Positions 40,221-50,306 of a DNA stretch of 64,000 nucleotides are shown in pieces. Source of the stretch: an uncultured Gemmatimonadales bacterium (GTDB lineage: Bacteria; Gemmatimonadota; Gemmatimonadetes; Gemmatimonadales; GWC2-71-9); NCBI GenBank assembly GCA_963711915.1, contig CAVQGA010000022.1:124131-188130 (forward strand), written 5' to 3'. A program made the translations under genes and the position numbers. The notes under the pieces were generated by a model. The model saw only the letters and a list, made by a program, of their open reading frames with translations. It ran no database searches and had not been told where the DNA came from. Numbering within the stretch: position 1 is the first letter of the stretch; the number at the start of each line of letters is the position of its first letter.

Positions 40221-42665
40221 ATGCCCACGCTGTTCGGCTCCGCCATCAAGCGTCGTGAGGACCCGCGACTCATCACCGGCGCGGCGACGTACGTCGACGA
40301 CGTCAAGCTGCCCGGACTCACCTACGCGGCGATCCTTCGGAGCCCCTACGCCCACGCGCGCATCACCGCCATCGACGTGAGCGCGGCGCGACAGGCGCCC
40401 GGCGTCGTGGCGGTGTACACCGGCGCCGACATCAAGGACAAGGTCGTGCCGGTGCCGTGCGCCTGGAACGTGCCCAACTGCGACCTCAAGATCCCGCCCC
40501 ACCCGCTCCTCGCGTACGACAAGGTGCGCCACGTGGGCGACGGCGTCGCGATGGTCGTGGCCGAGACCCGCGCGGCGGCGCGGGACGCGATCGACCTGAT
40601 CGACGTCGACTACGAGACACTCCAGGGTGGGGTCGACCCCGAGAAGATGGCGCAGCCCGGCGCACCCCAGCTCCACGCCGAGGTGGCCGACAACATCGCC
40701 TTCACCTGGGTGGTTGCCGGCGGCGACGCGGAGCAGGCGTTCAAGACCGCCGAGGTGACCGTCAAGCAGCGCATCGTCCAGCAGCGCCTGCTCCCGACGG
40801 CCATGGAGTGCCGGGCGGCGGTGGCGAGCTACAACAAGGGCAGCGGGCAGCTCACCCTCTGGGCCACCAGCCAGAACCCGCACATCCACCGGTTCCTCTG
40901 CTCGGTGATGCTCAAGCTTCCCGAGCACCGGATCCGGGTCATCGCGCCCGAGGTCGGCGGCGGGTTCGGCAGCAAGATTCCGGCGTACCCCGACGAGGCG
41001 CTGGTGAGCTTCGCCTCCATGGCCCTCGGCCGGCCGGTCAAGTGGACCGAGGACCGGTCGGAGAACTACAAGGTCACCATCCACGGCCGGGACCACGTCG
41101 AGTACGTCGAGATGGCGGGGATGAAGGACGGCAGGATCACCGGCATCCGGACCAAGGTCTACGCCGGCCTGGGCGCCTACGCGTCGACGGCGGGACCCGG
41201 GATCCCGACCATCCTGCACGGGCTGGTCTACTCGGGCGCGTACACGATCCCCAACATCCTCGGCACCGTCCACGGCGTGTACACCAGCGGTGCGCCGGTG
41301 GACGCCTACCGCGGCGCTGGCCGGCCCGAGGCCGCCTTCCTGGTCGAGCGGCTGGTGGACATCTTCGCCCGCAAGATCGGGATGGATCCGGTCGAGGTGC
41401 GGCGCAAGAACTTCATCCCCAAGGACAAGTTCCCGTACACGGTCGCCACCGGCATCACATACGACTCCGGCGACTACGAGCCCGCGCTGGACAAGGCGCT
41501 CAAGATGCTCGACTACCGGGCGTTCCGCCGGCAGCAGGCGGAGGCGCGGAAGCAGGGCCGATACCTGGGCGTCGGCGTCATCAGCTACATCGAGATCTGC
41601 GGGCTGGGGCCTTCCCAGGTGGCGGGGGCCGTCGGGTTCGGTGGCGGGCTCTACGACTCGGCCGTGGTCCGGGTGTACCCCACCGGCGTGGTCCGGGTGT
41701 ATATCGGGGCGAGCCCGCACGGCCAGGGTGAGGAGACGACCTTCGCCCAGATCGTGGCCGAGGAGTTCGGCATCCCGATCGAGCACGTGGAGATCGTGCA
41801 CGGTGATACCGAGACCACTCCGCAGGGCTGGGGCACCTACGGGAGCCGCTCCACCGCGGTGTGCGGCTCGGCGGTCAAGGTGGCCGCACAGCGGGTCAAG
41901 GAGAAGGCCAAGAAGATCGCCGCGCACCTGCTCGAGGCCAACGAGCAGGACATCGAATGGAAGGAGGATGCCTTCCGGGTGCGGGGCTCCGGCGACCAAG
42001 CCAAGAACTTCGCCGAGGTGGCGCTGATGGCGAACCTCGCCTGGAACATGCCGGCGGGGGTGGAGCCGGGGCTCGAGGCCTCGGCGTTCTTCGATCCCAG
42101 CAACTTCGTGTACCCGTTCGGCAGCCACGTCTGCACCGTCGAAGTGGACGGCGAGACCGGCGAGGTCAAGATCCTGCGCTACATCGCGGTGGATGACTGC
42201 GGACCGCACATCAACCCGATGATCGTCGAAGGCCAGATTCACGGCGGCATCATCCAGGGGTTGGGCGAGGCGCTGCAGGAGATCGCGATCTACGACGACG
42301 ACGGCCAGCTCATCACCGGCACGATGATGGACTACGCGATCCCCAAGGCGAGCCAGATGCCGCACCTGGAGCTCGACCACACGGTCACCCCGTCGCCGGT
42401 CAACCCGCTCGGCATCAAGGGCTGCGGTGAAGCGGGCACGATCGCCTCGGCGGCGTGCGTCGTGAACGCGGTCTGTGACGCGCTGGCGCCGTTCGGCATC
42501 CTGCACATCGACAAACCGCTCACGCCGGCGCGCGTCTGGGCCGCGATGCGGGGCGCGACCGCCGGGAACGGGACCGCGCACCCGGGCATCGAGCCCGGCG
42601 CCACGGCCGCGGACGCCGCGGTCGTTCCCGGGGCCGTGGGCCCGGGGAAAGGAGGCGCCCAGTGA
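40221..42665 (+). CDS. coxL: Molybdopterin-binding large subunit, form II CoxL-like (xanthine oxidase family)
   Basis: GGGFGSK, AYRGAGR (form II motif), HGQG, YGSRS, KGCGE. Confidence 0.85.
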   Translation: MPTLFGSAIKRREDPRLITGAATYVDDVKLPGLTYAAILRSPYAHARITAIDVSAARQAPGVVAVYTGADIKDKVVPVPCAWNVPNCDLKIPPHPLLAYDKVRHVGDGVAMVVAETRAAARDAIDLIDVDYETLQGGVDPEKMAQPGAPQLHAEVADNIAFTWVVAGGDAEQAFKTAEVTVKQRIVQQRLLPTAMECRAAVASYNKGSGQLTLWATSQNPHIHRFLCSVMLKLPEHRIRVIAPEVGGGFGSKIPAYPDEALVSFASMALGRPVKWTEDRSENYKVTIHGRDHVEYVEMAGMKDGRITGIRTKVYAGLGAYASTAGPGIPTILHGLVYSGAYTIPNILGTVHGVYTSGAPVDAYRGAGRPEAAFLVERLVDIFARKIGMDPVEVRRKNFIPKDKFPYTVATGITYDSGDYEPALDKALKMLDYRAFRRQQAEARKQGRYLGVGVISYIEICGLGPSQVAGAVGFGGGLYDSAVVRVYPTGVVRVYIGASPHGQGEETTFAQIVAEEFGIPIEHVEIVHGDTETTPQGWGTYGSRSTAVCGSAVKVAAQRVKEKAKKIAAHLLEANEQDIEWKEDAFRVRGSGDQAKNFAEVALMANLAWNMPAGVEPGLEASAFFDPSNFVYPFGSHVCTVEVDGETGEVKILRYIAVDDCGPHINPMIVEGQIHGGIIQGLGEALQEIAIYDDDGQLITGTMMDYAIPKASQMPHLELDHTVTPSPVNPLGIKGCGEAGTIASAACVVNAVCDALAPFGILHIDKPLTPARVWAAMRGATAGNGTAHPGIEPGATAADAAVVPGAVGPGKGGAQ

Positions 42666-43519
42666 TCCCGACCAGCTTCGACTACGTGCGCGCCGCTTCG
42701 CTTCGGGACGCGCTGAGCGCGCTCGCCCAGGGCGACGGCACCAAGGTGATCGCCGGCGGGCACAGCCTGTTGCCGATGATGAAGTTCCGCCTGGCGCAGC
42801 CGTCCAGGCTGCTGGACATCGGCGGCCTGACGGAGCTCCGGGGCGTCGAGGAGTACCGCAAGGGCGCGCGCATCGGCGCGACGACGACCTACCGCGAGCT
42901 GCTCGAGAGTCCGCTCCTCCGCGAGCGGTTCCCGATCATCGGGGAGTGCACCCACAACATCGGCGACGTCCAGGTCCGGAACCGCGGCACGATCGGCGGC
43001 AGCCTGGCGCACGCCGATCCGGCCTCGGACATGCCGTCGGTCATGCTCGTGCTCGACGCGACGTTCAACCTGCGCTCCAAGCGGGGCCGGCGGGCGGTCA
43101 AGGCGCGTGAGTTCTTCCACGGTCCGTTCGACACCGCGCTCGCGGAGGACGAGCTGCTGCTCGACATCGTGCTCCCGGCGTTGCCCAAGGGCGCGGGCAC
43201 GGCGTATCTGAGCCAGGAGCAGCCGGCGTCGGGCTATGCCATCGCCGGGGCCGCGGCGGTGGTGGCACGGACCCGAAAGACGGTCAGCCACGCCGTTCTA
43301 GCGCTCACCGGCGTCGGCGAGGTGTCGCGTCTCGTGGGCTCGATCGATCAGCTCGTGGGCACCAAGGCGGAGCCGGAGGTGCTGGAAAGGGTCGCGGCCG
43401 GGGCCGTCGACGGGCTCGAGGTCCAGGGCGATATCCATGCACCCGCGGAGTACCGCCGCCATCTGACGACGGTCATCGTCCGGCGGGCGCTGGCCCAGGC
43501 GCTCGAACGAGCCAAATAG
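42662..43519 (+). CDS. coxM: FAD-binding medium subunit (CoxM-like)
   Basis: IAGGHSLLPMMK, RNRGTIGGSLAHADP. Confidence 0.88.
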   Translation: MIPTSFDYVRAASLRDALSALAQGDGTKVIAGGHSLLPMMKFRLAQPSRLLDIGGLTELRGVEEYRKGARIGATTTYRELLESPLLRERFPIIGECTHNIGDVQVRNRGTIGGSLAHADPASDMPSVMLVLDATFNLRSKRGRRAVKAREFFHGPFDTALAEDELLLDIVLPALPKGAGTAYLSQEQPASGYAIAGAAAVVARTRKTVSHAVLALTGVGEVSRLVGSIDQLVGTKAEPEVLERVAAGAVDGLEVQGDIHAPAEYRRHLTTVIVRRALAQALERAK

Positions 43520-43545
43520 CCGCCCGGGGCGACGTCGCCGCGCTC

Positions 43546-44133
43546 GTGCTCGGCGCGGGCCGCGGGCGCCGCTTCGGCGGGTCCAAGCTGACGGCCCCGC
43601 TCCGTGGCCGCCCGCTCGGGGCACACGTCCTCGACACCGTGACCCGGGCCCGGGCGGCCGGCCTCGTGACCGTGGCCGCGATCGTCGTGGCAGCCGAGGA
43701 CGCGGAGCTGGTCGCGGTCGCCGCCACGGCGGGGGTGCCGTCGGTCGTGAACGAGGCCCCGGAACGCGGGCTCTCCAGCTCGCTCCGGTGCGGTCTGGCG
43801 GCGCTCGGCCCGGCGGCGGGCGCCGCCTTGATTCTGCTGGCGGACCAGCCGTTGGTCCGCCTCGACGTGATCGCGGCGCTCGTCGACGCGTGGCGTGAGG
43901 GCCGCGGCACCGCCATCCGACCGCGCTACGCCGAGGCGCCCGGCGAGCCGGGGCATCCGGTCCTTCTCGACCGCTCCGTGTGGGCCATGGCCAGGCGGCT
44001 CGAGGGCGACGCCGGACTCGGCTCCCTGCTCCACCCCGGCGACGCCGGGGTCACCCTCATCGACGTGGCCGGGCGGAACCCCGATGTGGACACGCTCGCC
44101 GATCTCGACACCCTGCAAGGACCCTCGTCATGA
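43546..44133 (+). CDS. Molybdenum cofactor cytidylyltransferase-like (MocA) nucleotidyltransferase
   Basis: GAGRGRRFGGSKL, LADQP, GHPVL, DVDT; start uncertain. Confidence 0.8.
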   Translation: MLGAGRGRRFGGSKLTAPLRGRPLGAHVLDTVTRARAAGLVTVAAIVVAAEDAELVAVAATAGVPSVVNEAPERGLSSSLRCGLAALGPAAGAALILLADQPLVRLDVIAALVDAWREGRGTAIRPRYAEAPGEPGHPVLLDRSVWAMARRLEGDAGLGSLLHPGDAGVTLIDVAGRNPDVDTLADLDTLQGPSS

Positions 44134-44579
44134 AACTCGAGTTCGCCGGCGCTCCGGTCATCACCGCTTCCCGGCGGCACGTGTGGCAGAAGCTGCTCGA
44201 CCCCGATTTCGTGGCGGCGTCGGCCCCGGGGGTGGAATCGGTCGAGGCGCTGGACCCGACACATTTCAAGGTGATTTCGGGACTGGGCGTCGGGTCCGTC
44301 AAGGTCAGGTTCAAGCTCGACGTGGAGCTGTTCGACATCGTCGACGGCGAGCGGCTCAAGATGCGCGCCCGGGGCAAGGCGCCGGGGTCGGCCGTGGATG
44401 TGGTGTCATCGCTGCGGGTGGAGGACGCCGGCGACGGGAAGACCCGACTCAACTGGTCCGCCACCAGCGAGGTGAGCGGCACGGTGGCAAGCGTCGGCGC
44501 TCGGCTGCTGGAAGGCACCGCCCGCCGGTTGACCGAGGAGTTCTGGACCGACTTCGCCCGGCGGGTCGGGACAAGCTGA
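44130..44579 (+). CDS. coxG: CoxG family SRPBCC protein
   Basis: VWQKLLDP..APGVE, VSGTVASVGARLL. Confidence 0.85.
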   Translation: MKLEFAGAPVITASRRHVWQKLLDPDFVAASAPGVESVEALDPTHFKVISGLGVGSVKVRFKLDVELFDIVDGERLKMRARGKAPGSAVDVVSSLRVEDAGDGKTRLNWSATSEVSGTVASVGARLLEGTARRLTEEFWTDFARRVGTS

Positions 44580-44776
44580 AGGCCGGTGCAGGTGAGGCGT
44601 CGCCCGCCGTCCAACCTCGCCGCCTCCTCCCCCCCTGAACCCGCTGGTGCGGTGCTCCTGGCCCCGGCGCTCAACTTGCCGGACCCGGCGCACTTGAGCC
44701 GTTTGAGTCGGGAGATGCGGTTCCGGTTTCCGGCCTGTGCCCGGGACCTGCAGGCACTCGACGGCCGAGGCCCGGT

Positions 44777-44841
44777 TTCACGGGGCCGGCGGCCGGGATT
44801 CACCATCGATTCACGCTAGGTCATTAGTGTGGCCCCAGTCG
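44777..44841 (+). promoter_or_regulatory. SARP-type promoter of orphan peptide gene
   Basis: Heptamers TTCACGG 44777, TTCACCA 44799, TTCACGC 44810 (15- and 4-nt spacers); 8 nt to -10 TAGTGT 44825-44830; CCCCAGTCG follows. Confidence 0.65.
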
Positions 44842-44870
44842 TTCGGCACCCACCCAGCCAGGAGCACACC

Positions 44871-45029
44871 ATGTCCGACCAGAAGCACGTCCGCCTGGAG
44901 CTGACCGAAGAGCAGAAGGCCCAGGTCAAGGCCGCCACGGGTAAGGATGCCCGGGCGATCGAGCTGAACGCCGAGGAGCTTGAGGAGCGTATCGCGCCGA
45001 TGCTTCCGACGCATCGCGGCGGCCACTAG
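44871..45029 (+). CDS. 52-aa EELEERIAP-motif peptide (orphan precursor-like)
   Basis: AGGAG RBS; MSDQKHVRLELTEEQKAQVKAATGKDARAIELNAEELEERIAPMLPTHRGGH; clear paralog of 52704. Confidence 0.88.
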   Translation: MSDQKHVRLELTEEQKAQVKAATGKDARAIELNAEELEERIAPMLPTHRGGH

Positions 45030-45048
45030 CATCGCTTCCGCAGCTCTT

Positions 45049-45085
45049 GCGCCCCCTCTCGCGGTCGGGCCGCGAGAGGGGGCGC
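45049..45085 (+). terminator. Strong hairpin after the orphan peptide gene
   Basis: GCGCCCCCTCTCGCGG-TCGGG-CCGCGAGAGGGGGCGC perfect 16-bp stem. Confidence 0.75.
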
Positions 45086-45372
45086 TCGATTTCGGCCCCA
45101 GCCTTCGTCCCACTTTCCAGAGAATCGTTCCTCCGCCCGCACAGCGCTTCTCCGCCGGCATCGGCCGCCAGCGACGGCACCGTCTCGGGCGAGCCGCCAA
45201 GATCGCGCGAGCGCCTTAGCCTTGATGCCCACCGCAAAGAAGGCGCGTAGCCGTCGCTCACCGCGTCCGCGTCTCGGAATCAGGACCGACCTCACCCCAG
45301 CCGGCATTGCTCGCGAACGGGTCAGGGGGTGGCGATATTCCGAGATCCTTCGCGCCAAGGATCCCTCGGTCC

Positions 45373-46269
45373 GTGACTCAGCTCCCCGATATCGATGCCG
45401 TCCAGTCCGCCTTCGCCGCGCGCGGGTACGTCGCCGACCGCGATCTCGCGACCGCGGTCTTCCTGTCGCTCGCGCTGAGTCGTCCGCTCCTGCTCGAGGG
45501 CGAGGCGGGCGTGGGCAAGACCGAAGTGGCGCGCACGCTCGCCGGCGCGCTCGGCGCCGAGCTCATCCGGCTGCAGTGCTACGAGGGACTGGACGTCAAT
45601 ACGGCCCTCTACGAGTGGGACTATCCGCGCCAGATGCTCGAGATCCGGCTGCTCGAGGCGCGCGGCGAGGCGAAGTCGGCGGCCACACGAGACATCTTCG
45701 CCGAGGAGTTCCTCATCCGGCGCCCCCTGCTTCAGGCCCTCGAGAGCCGCGCCGCCGAGGCGCCGGTGCTCCTCATCGACGAGGTCGACCGCGCGGACGA
45801 GGAGTTCGAGGCGTTCCTGCTCGAGATCCTCAGTGATTTCGCGGTGACCATCCCCGAGATCGGCACCATCCGTGCCGACCGCCCGCCGCGCGTGATCCTC
45901 ACGAGCAACCGGACGCGCGAAGTGCACGACGCGCTCAAGCGGCGGTGCCTCTACCACTGGATCGACTATCCGACCGCCGCGCGTGAGCTCGCGATCCTGC
46001 ACGCCCGCCTACCCCACGTCCCCGATGCACTCGCCCGCGAGGTCGTGGCCTTCGTGCAGCGCCTCAGGACGGCGGACCTGACCAAGTCGCCCGGCATCGC
46101 GGAGACGCTCGACTGGGCGGCCGCGCTGCTCGCGCTCGGCGCGACCCATCTCGAGGGCGAACAGATCGACCAGACCCTCGGCGTGTTGCTCAAGTATCAG
46201 GAGGATATCGGCGTGTTGCGCGGCGGCGGGGCGAGAACGATGCTGGAGGAGTCGCGAGTCGGGCGATGA
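45373..46269 (+). CDS. coxD: MoxR family AAA+ ATPase (CoxD-like)
   Basis: LEGEAGVGKT, IRLQCYEGLD, LLIDEVDRADEEFEA, HDALKRRC. Confidence 0.88.
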   Translation: MTQLPDIDAVQSAFAARGYVADRDLATAVFLSLALSRPLLLEGEAGVGKTEVARTLAGALGAELIRLQCYEGLDVNTALYEWDYPRQMLEIRLLEARGEAKSAATRDIFAEEFLIRRPLLQALESRAAEAPVLLIDEVDRADEEFEAFLLEILSDFAVTIPEIGTIRADRPPRVILTSNRTREVHDALKRRCLYHWIDYPTAARELAILHARLPHVPDALAREVVAFVQRLRTADLTKSPGIAETLDWAAALLALGATHLEGEQIDQTLGVLLKYQEDIGVLRGGGARTMLEESRVGR

Positions 46270-46280
46270 GGCGCGGGGAG

Positions 46281-46949
46281 TCAGGCCTCCACCACGAGGA
46301 TCTCGAGCCGGGGCCGGCCCTGGAAGTCCCGGTCGGTTCGGCCCAGATACACGTTCGCGAGCGAGGCCGCGCAGGCGTCGGCGCACAGTTGGTCGACGCG
46401 GTGCGTGGTGGCCAGCGCGACCACCGCCATGCCGGCCGCGCGGGCGGCCTGGATCCCCGCCGGGGCGTCCTCGATGACGAGGCAGTCTTCGGGCGCCGCC
46501 GCCAGTGCCTCCGCCGCGAGGAGGTAGGCATCCGGGCTCGGCTTTCCCCGCGCCACGTCCTCGGCGCAGACCAGTACCGGCGGCACCGGCAGGCCGGCGC
46601 GCCGGAGCCGGCTGGTGGCGGCCAGCCGGGTACCCGAGGTGGCCACCGCCCACGCGCCGGCTGGCAGCGTCGCCAGGAGGCGCGCGGAACCGGCCAGCGG
46701 GCCGATGGTCTCGGCGCCCGGCTCGTCGACCGGGTGAAAGGCCCGCACCTCCGCTTCCGCGTCGAGATCGGGCGCCGCCATGCGGATGGTCTCGAGGGCA
46801 CGACGGCCATGGCAGACGCGCAGGAACGGCTCCGGCCGGAGACCTCGGGCACTGGCCCACCGTCGCCACTGCTGTTCGACGTGGGCGGCAGAGTCGACCA
46901 GAACGCCGTCCAGATCGAACAGAACCGCGGAGCATTCGAATCGTTTCAT
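46281..46949 (-). CDS. HAD-IA sugar phosphatase (YfbT-like)
   Basis: [29 protein letters not shown]. Confidence 0.9.
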   Translation of the reverse strand: MKRFECSAVLFDLDGVLVDSAAHVEQQWRRWASARGLRPEPFLRVCHGRRALETIRMAAPDLDAEAEVRAFHPVDEPGAETIGPLAGSARLLATLPAGAWAVATSGTRLAATSRLRRAGLPVPPVLVCAEDVARGKPSPDAYLLAAEALAAAPEDCLVIEDAPAGIQAARAAGMAVVALATTHRVDQLCADACAASLANVYLGRTDRDFQGRPRLEILVVEA

Positions 46950-48165
46950 GTCCGCCAATAATGTCGCGCGCGGCTCGATCCCGTTAGATCCGGAACCTCC
47001 CGGGCCGCTCGAGGTCGAGACGCCCTTCGGCCCCGCGCCGGTGGATGGGAACGTGCTGCTGGCGAACGTCGCCCGGTTCGGGCGGCTGCTGCGCCAGGCG
47101 GGCCTCGACGTGGACAGCGGCCAGACCGCGACGTTCGTCCGGGCGCTCATTCTGCTGGGATTCGACCGCCGGCCCGACATCCGAGCGGCCGGCCGGACCA
47201 TCTTCGTCCGGAGGCGGGAGGACGGCCGGTTCTACGAGGCCGCGTTCGACCTCTTCTGGCGCCGCCGGGCCGGAACGAGCGAGCTGAGCAGCCAGCTGCC
47301 CCGCCTGCGGCAGGACGAGCGCAGGGAGCAGCCCGCCGACCCCGCCCGATCCGGAAGCGATACCGCCGAGGCGGAGCTGGTCGCCGCGGTGCGCCCCGGC
47401 GCTGCCAGCCTCCAGGAGGAGCTTCGGACCACCGATTTCGCCCTCCTCACCCCCGACGAGGCGCGCGATGCGGAGGCGATGCTCGAGGCGCTCCGTCCCC
47501 GGCTCCCGCTCAGAGGCGCGCGGCGCGGCCGGCCCGCGCGAAGCGGCCACCGGCCGGCGGCGCGGGCGATGCTCCGGCACGCGATGGGGACCGGTGGCGA
47601 GGCGCTCCGCTGGCGCTGGCTCCGGCGCAGCCTCCGGCCGCGGCCGATCGTGCTGGTCTGCGACATCAGCGGCAGCATGGAGCGGTACAGCCGGTTCATG
47701 CTCCGCTTCGCGCACGCGCTGCAGCGGAGCGGAGCGCCGCTGGAGGTGTTCGTGTTCGGCACCCGGCTCACCCGCATCACGCGCCAGCTCCGGACCCGGA
47801 GCCCGGATGCCGCGATCCGCCGAGTGGCCGAAAAAGTGGTCGACTGGAGCGGCGGCACCCGGATCGGAGAGAGCCTGCACGAGCTCAACCGGCGCTGGGT
47901 CCGCCGGACCGTTCGGAGCAGCGCCGTGGTGTTGCTGGTCTCCGACGGGTGGGAGCGAGGGGACCCCGCGCTCCTCGCACAAGAGATGGCCACGCTGCGC
48001 CGGTCATGCCACCGGCTGGTGTGGATCGACCCGCTCGCCGCCCGGCCCGGTTTCGAGCCGACGACGGTCGGGTTGCGGGCGGCCCTGCCATTCGTGGATG
48101 AGCTCGTGCCGGCCGCGAGCGTCGCCTCGCTCGAGGAACTGGCGGGACGATTGGTTAGGATGTGA
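46948..48165 (+). CDS. coxE: VWA-domain protein CoxE
   Basis: [38 protein letters not shown]; start uncertain (46948 or 47041). Confidence 0.85.
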   Translation: MSANNVARGSIPLDPEPPGPLEVETPFGPAPVDGNVLLANVARFGRLLRQAGLDVDSGQTATFVRALILLGFDRRPDIRAAGRTIFVRRREDGRFYEAAFDLFWRRRAGTSELSSQLPRLRQDERREQPADPARSGSDTAEAELVAAVRPGAASLQEELRTTDFALLTPDEARDAEAMLEALRPRLPLRGARRGRPARSGHRPAARAMLRHAMGTGGEALRWRWLRRSLRPRPIVLVCDISGSMERYSRFMLRFAHALQRSGAPLEVFVFGTRLTRITRQLRTRSPDAAIRRVAEKVVDWSGGTRIGESLHELNRRWVRRTVRSSAVVLLVSDGWERGDPALLAQEMATLRRSCHRLVWIDPLAARPGFEPTTVGLRAALPFVDELVPAASVASLEELAGRLVRM

Positions 48166-48169
48166 GACT

Positions 48170-48265
48170 CGAGTCATGCTTCGCGCAACCAGGAGGACCT
48201 GCCGGGGGTCGTGGCTCCTTCGCAGAGTCTACCTTGAGCGCAGCGAACGGGCTCAGGATGACTCG
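48170..48265. repeat. REP-like intergenic palindrome (copy 3, degenerate)
   Basis: CGAGTCATG..CAGGATGACTCG with internal TGAGCGCAGCGAA. Confidence 0.6.
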
Positions 48266-48291
48266 CACACACCGATCCGGAGGCCAGACCA

Positions 48292-49328
48292 ATGCGCGAT
48301 ATCCTCTCCGACTACGACCGTCTCACCGCCGAGGGCCGCCCGTTCGGCCGCGCGGTCGTGACCAGCGTGTGGGGGTCCGCCCCCGACCCGAAGGGTCGTC
48401 GATGCTCGCCACCGCCGACGGCGTGATTGCCGGCTCGGTCTCCGGCGGGTGTGTCGAAGCGGCCACCGCCACCGAGATCGGCGAGGCCATCGGGCGCGGC
48501 ACGCCCAAACTGGTGACGTTCGGCGTCACCGACGAGCGCGCGTGGGAGGTGGGGCTCGCCTGCGGCGGGACGATCAAGGTGCTCGTGGAGCCGCGCGTCC
48601 GGCCGGAGGTCCTGCTGGCGGCGCGCGGGCCGGGCGGTGAAGTGGTGGCCACGGTGATCGACGGGCCCGGCGCGGGGGGCGTCGCGCGCGTTTTCGAGGA
48701 CGGGCGCGTGGACGGCGGGCTCGGACCGGAGCTCGAGTCCGCGACAGTGCGGGAGGCCGCCCTGCAGGCGCTCAGGCGTGAGAGCAGCGCGACCGTGGCG
48801 ATCGAGTCCGGCGCTGGGCCGGCGAGCGTCTTCCTCGAGGTGTTCCCTCGACAGCCGAGGCTCGTCATCTTCGGCGGCGTCCACATCGCGGTCGCCCTGG
48901 TGCCGCTCGCTCGGGCCCTGGGCTACCGGACGATCGTCGCCGACGGTCGTCCGGCCTTTCTGACGCGCGATCGTTTTCCGGACGCCGATGAGCTGATTCT
49001 GGGATGGCCCGAGGTGGCCTTCGAGCGGATCGGACTGGATGCGTCCTGCTACGTCTGCATCCTCTCGCACGACCCGAAATTCGACGACCCCGCGCTCCTG
49101 CTCGCCCTTCGCTCGCCCGCGCGCTACATCGGCGCGATCGGCTCGCGGAAGACGCAGGCGGCACGCCGTGACCGGCTCGCGTCATCAGGACTTAATGACG
49201 CGGAGATCGCCCGCGTGCACGGGCCGATCGGGCTGGACCTGGGCGGGCGCCAACCCGCGGAGACCGCCCTGGCCATCCTCGCCGAGATGACCGCGGTACG
49301 CTACGGTGGCGGGGTGGCGCGCCCCTAG
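48292..49328 (+). CDS. XdhC/CoxI family maturation factor, 1-nt frameshift in C-run 48380-48384
   Basis: MRDIL..VVTSVWGSAP joins RPEGSSML..GSVSGGCVE, GLACGG, SHDPKFD, YIGAIGSR, GPIGLDLG if one C is added. Confidence 0.85.
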
Positions 49329-50221
49329 TCGTCGCAGACGGGCGTACCCTCTTCCTCGGGCACGCGCTTCTGGCTCAGCGTGGCCGGCTTCTTCGGCACG
49401 GGCCCGAACCAGACGACGCAGCTCTTGCCGGGCCGGGACGCGTGGGTGGCCATGGCCGACCAGGAGGCGTCGTCCGCGTCCAGGATGGTGATGCCCACAC
49501 CGCGACGCCAGAGAAACTGCAGCGCGAACGGCTCCATCCGGCGGGAGTACACTCCCTGGTTGCCTTTGTAGCTCTCCTGGGCGCGCACCAGATTCCGCAG
49601 ATCCACCCGCATCTGCACATTCGAGGTCACTTCTTCCAACGCGCTGCTGGTATCCGGCGCCGTCGGGGCGGGTGCGGGCTCCTGCGCGACCGGAGCCTGC
49701 GCCGCCGGCGCGGGCCGGGGCGCGCGCTTGTCGTCACACACCGGCACCCCCTCCTTGCCCGTGCGCGCGTACCGGGTCGTCGCCGGCGGCTCGTGCTCCC
49801 GGCCGACGTAGACGACGCAGTCTTCGCTGGTCAGCCCGGGGCGAGTGCCTCGAACCGCCCAGCCGGCGCGCGAGAGCCACAGGAAGCGGACCTGGGTATC
49901 GCCCTGGACATGGAAACCGATCCGGGCGAGGTCCTCGGTGTAGATCCCGTTCTCGGCGTAGTAGTTCTCCTCCGCCACGACGAGCCGGCGGAGCCCCGCG
50001 CGAATCGGATCGAAGCGCGCGGCGTCCGCCGACGCGTCGGGCTTCGCCGGCTTCCTGGGTGCCAGAGCCGGCTTGGGAGGGGCCGGGGCCGGCGGCGGCG
50101 GTGGCGCCGGCGTGGCGGCCACCGACTCGGAGCGGGCCGCTGGGAGGCGAAGACCCTTGCAGTCGGCCGCCAGCAGCAGGACCAGCGAGCCGAGCAGTGG
50201 GATGTGAAATGCGCGATGCAT
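49325..50221 (-). CDS. Putative lipoprotein with two tandem pilin-head-like domains
   Basis: LVLLLAADC lipobox-like; Pro-rich linkers; repeats LRRLVVAEENYY..C..PVCDD and LRNLVRAQESYK..C..PVCDD. Confidence 0.6.
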   Translation of the reverse strand: MHRAFHIPLLGSLVLLLAADCKGLRLPAARSESVAATPAPPPPPAPAPPKPALAPRKPAKPDASADAARFDPIRAGLRRLVVAEENYYAENGIYTEDLARIGFHVQGDTQVRFLWLSRAGWAVRGTRPGLTSEDCVVYVGREHEPPATTRYARTGKEGVPVCDDKRAPRPAPAAQAPVAQEPAPAPTAPDTSSALEEVTSNVQMRVDLRNLVRAQESYKGNQGVYSRRMEPFALQFLWRRGVGITILDADDASWSAMATHASRPGKSCVVWFGPVPKKPATLSQKRVPEEEGTPVCDD

Positions 50222-50306
50222 GCGAGCCTCCGGCGCTCCGTCGACCAACTGGAATGAAATCCTATTGCGCGGCGATCGGCCGCGCCACTCAGGCGACATT
50301 CGCCCG

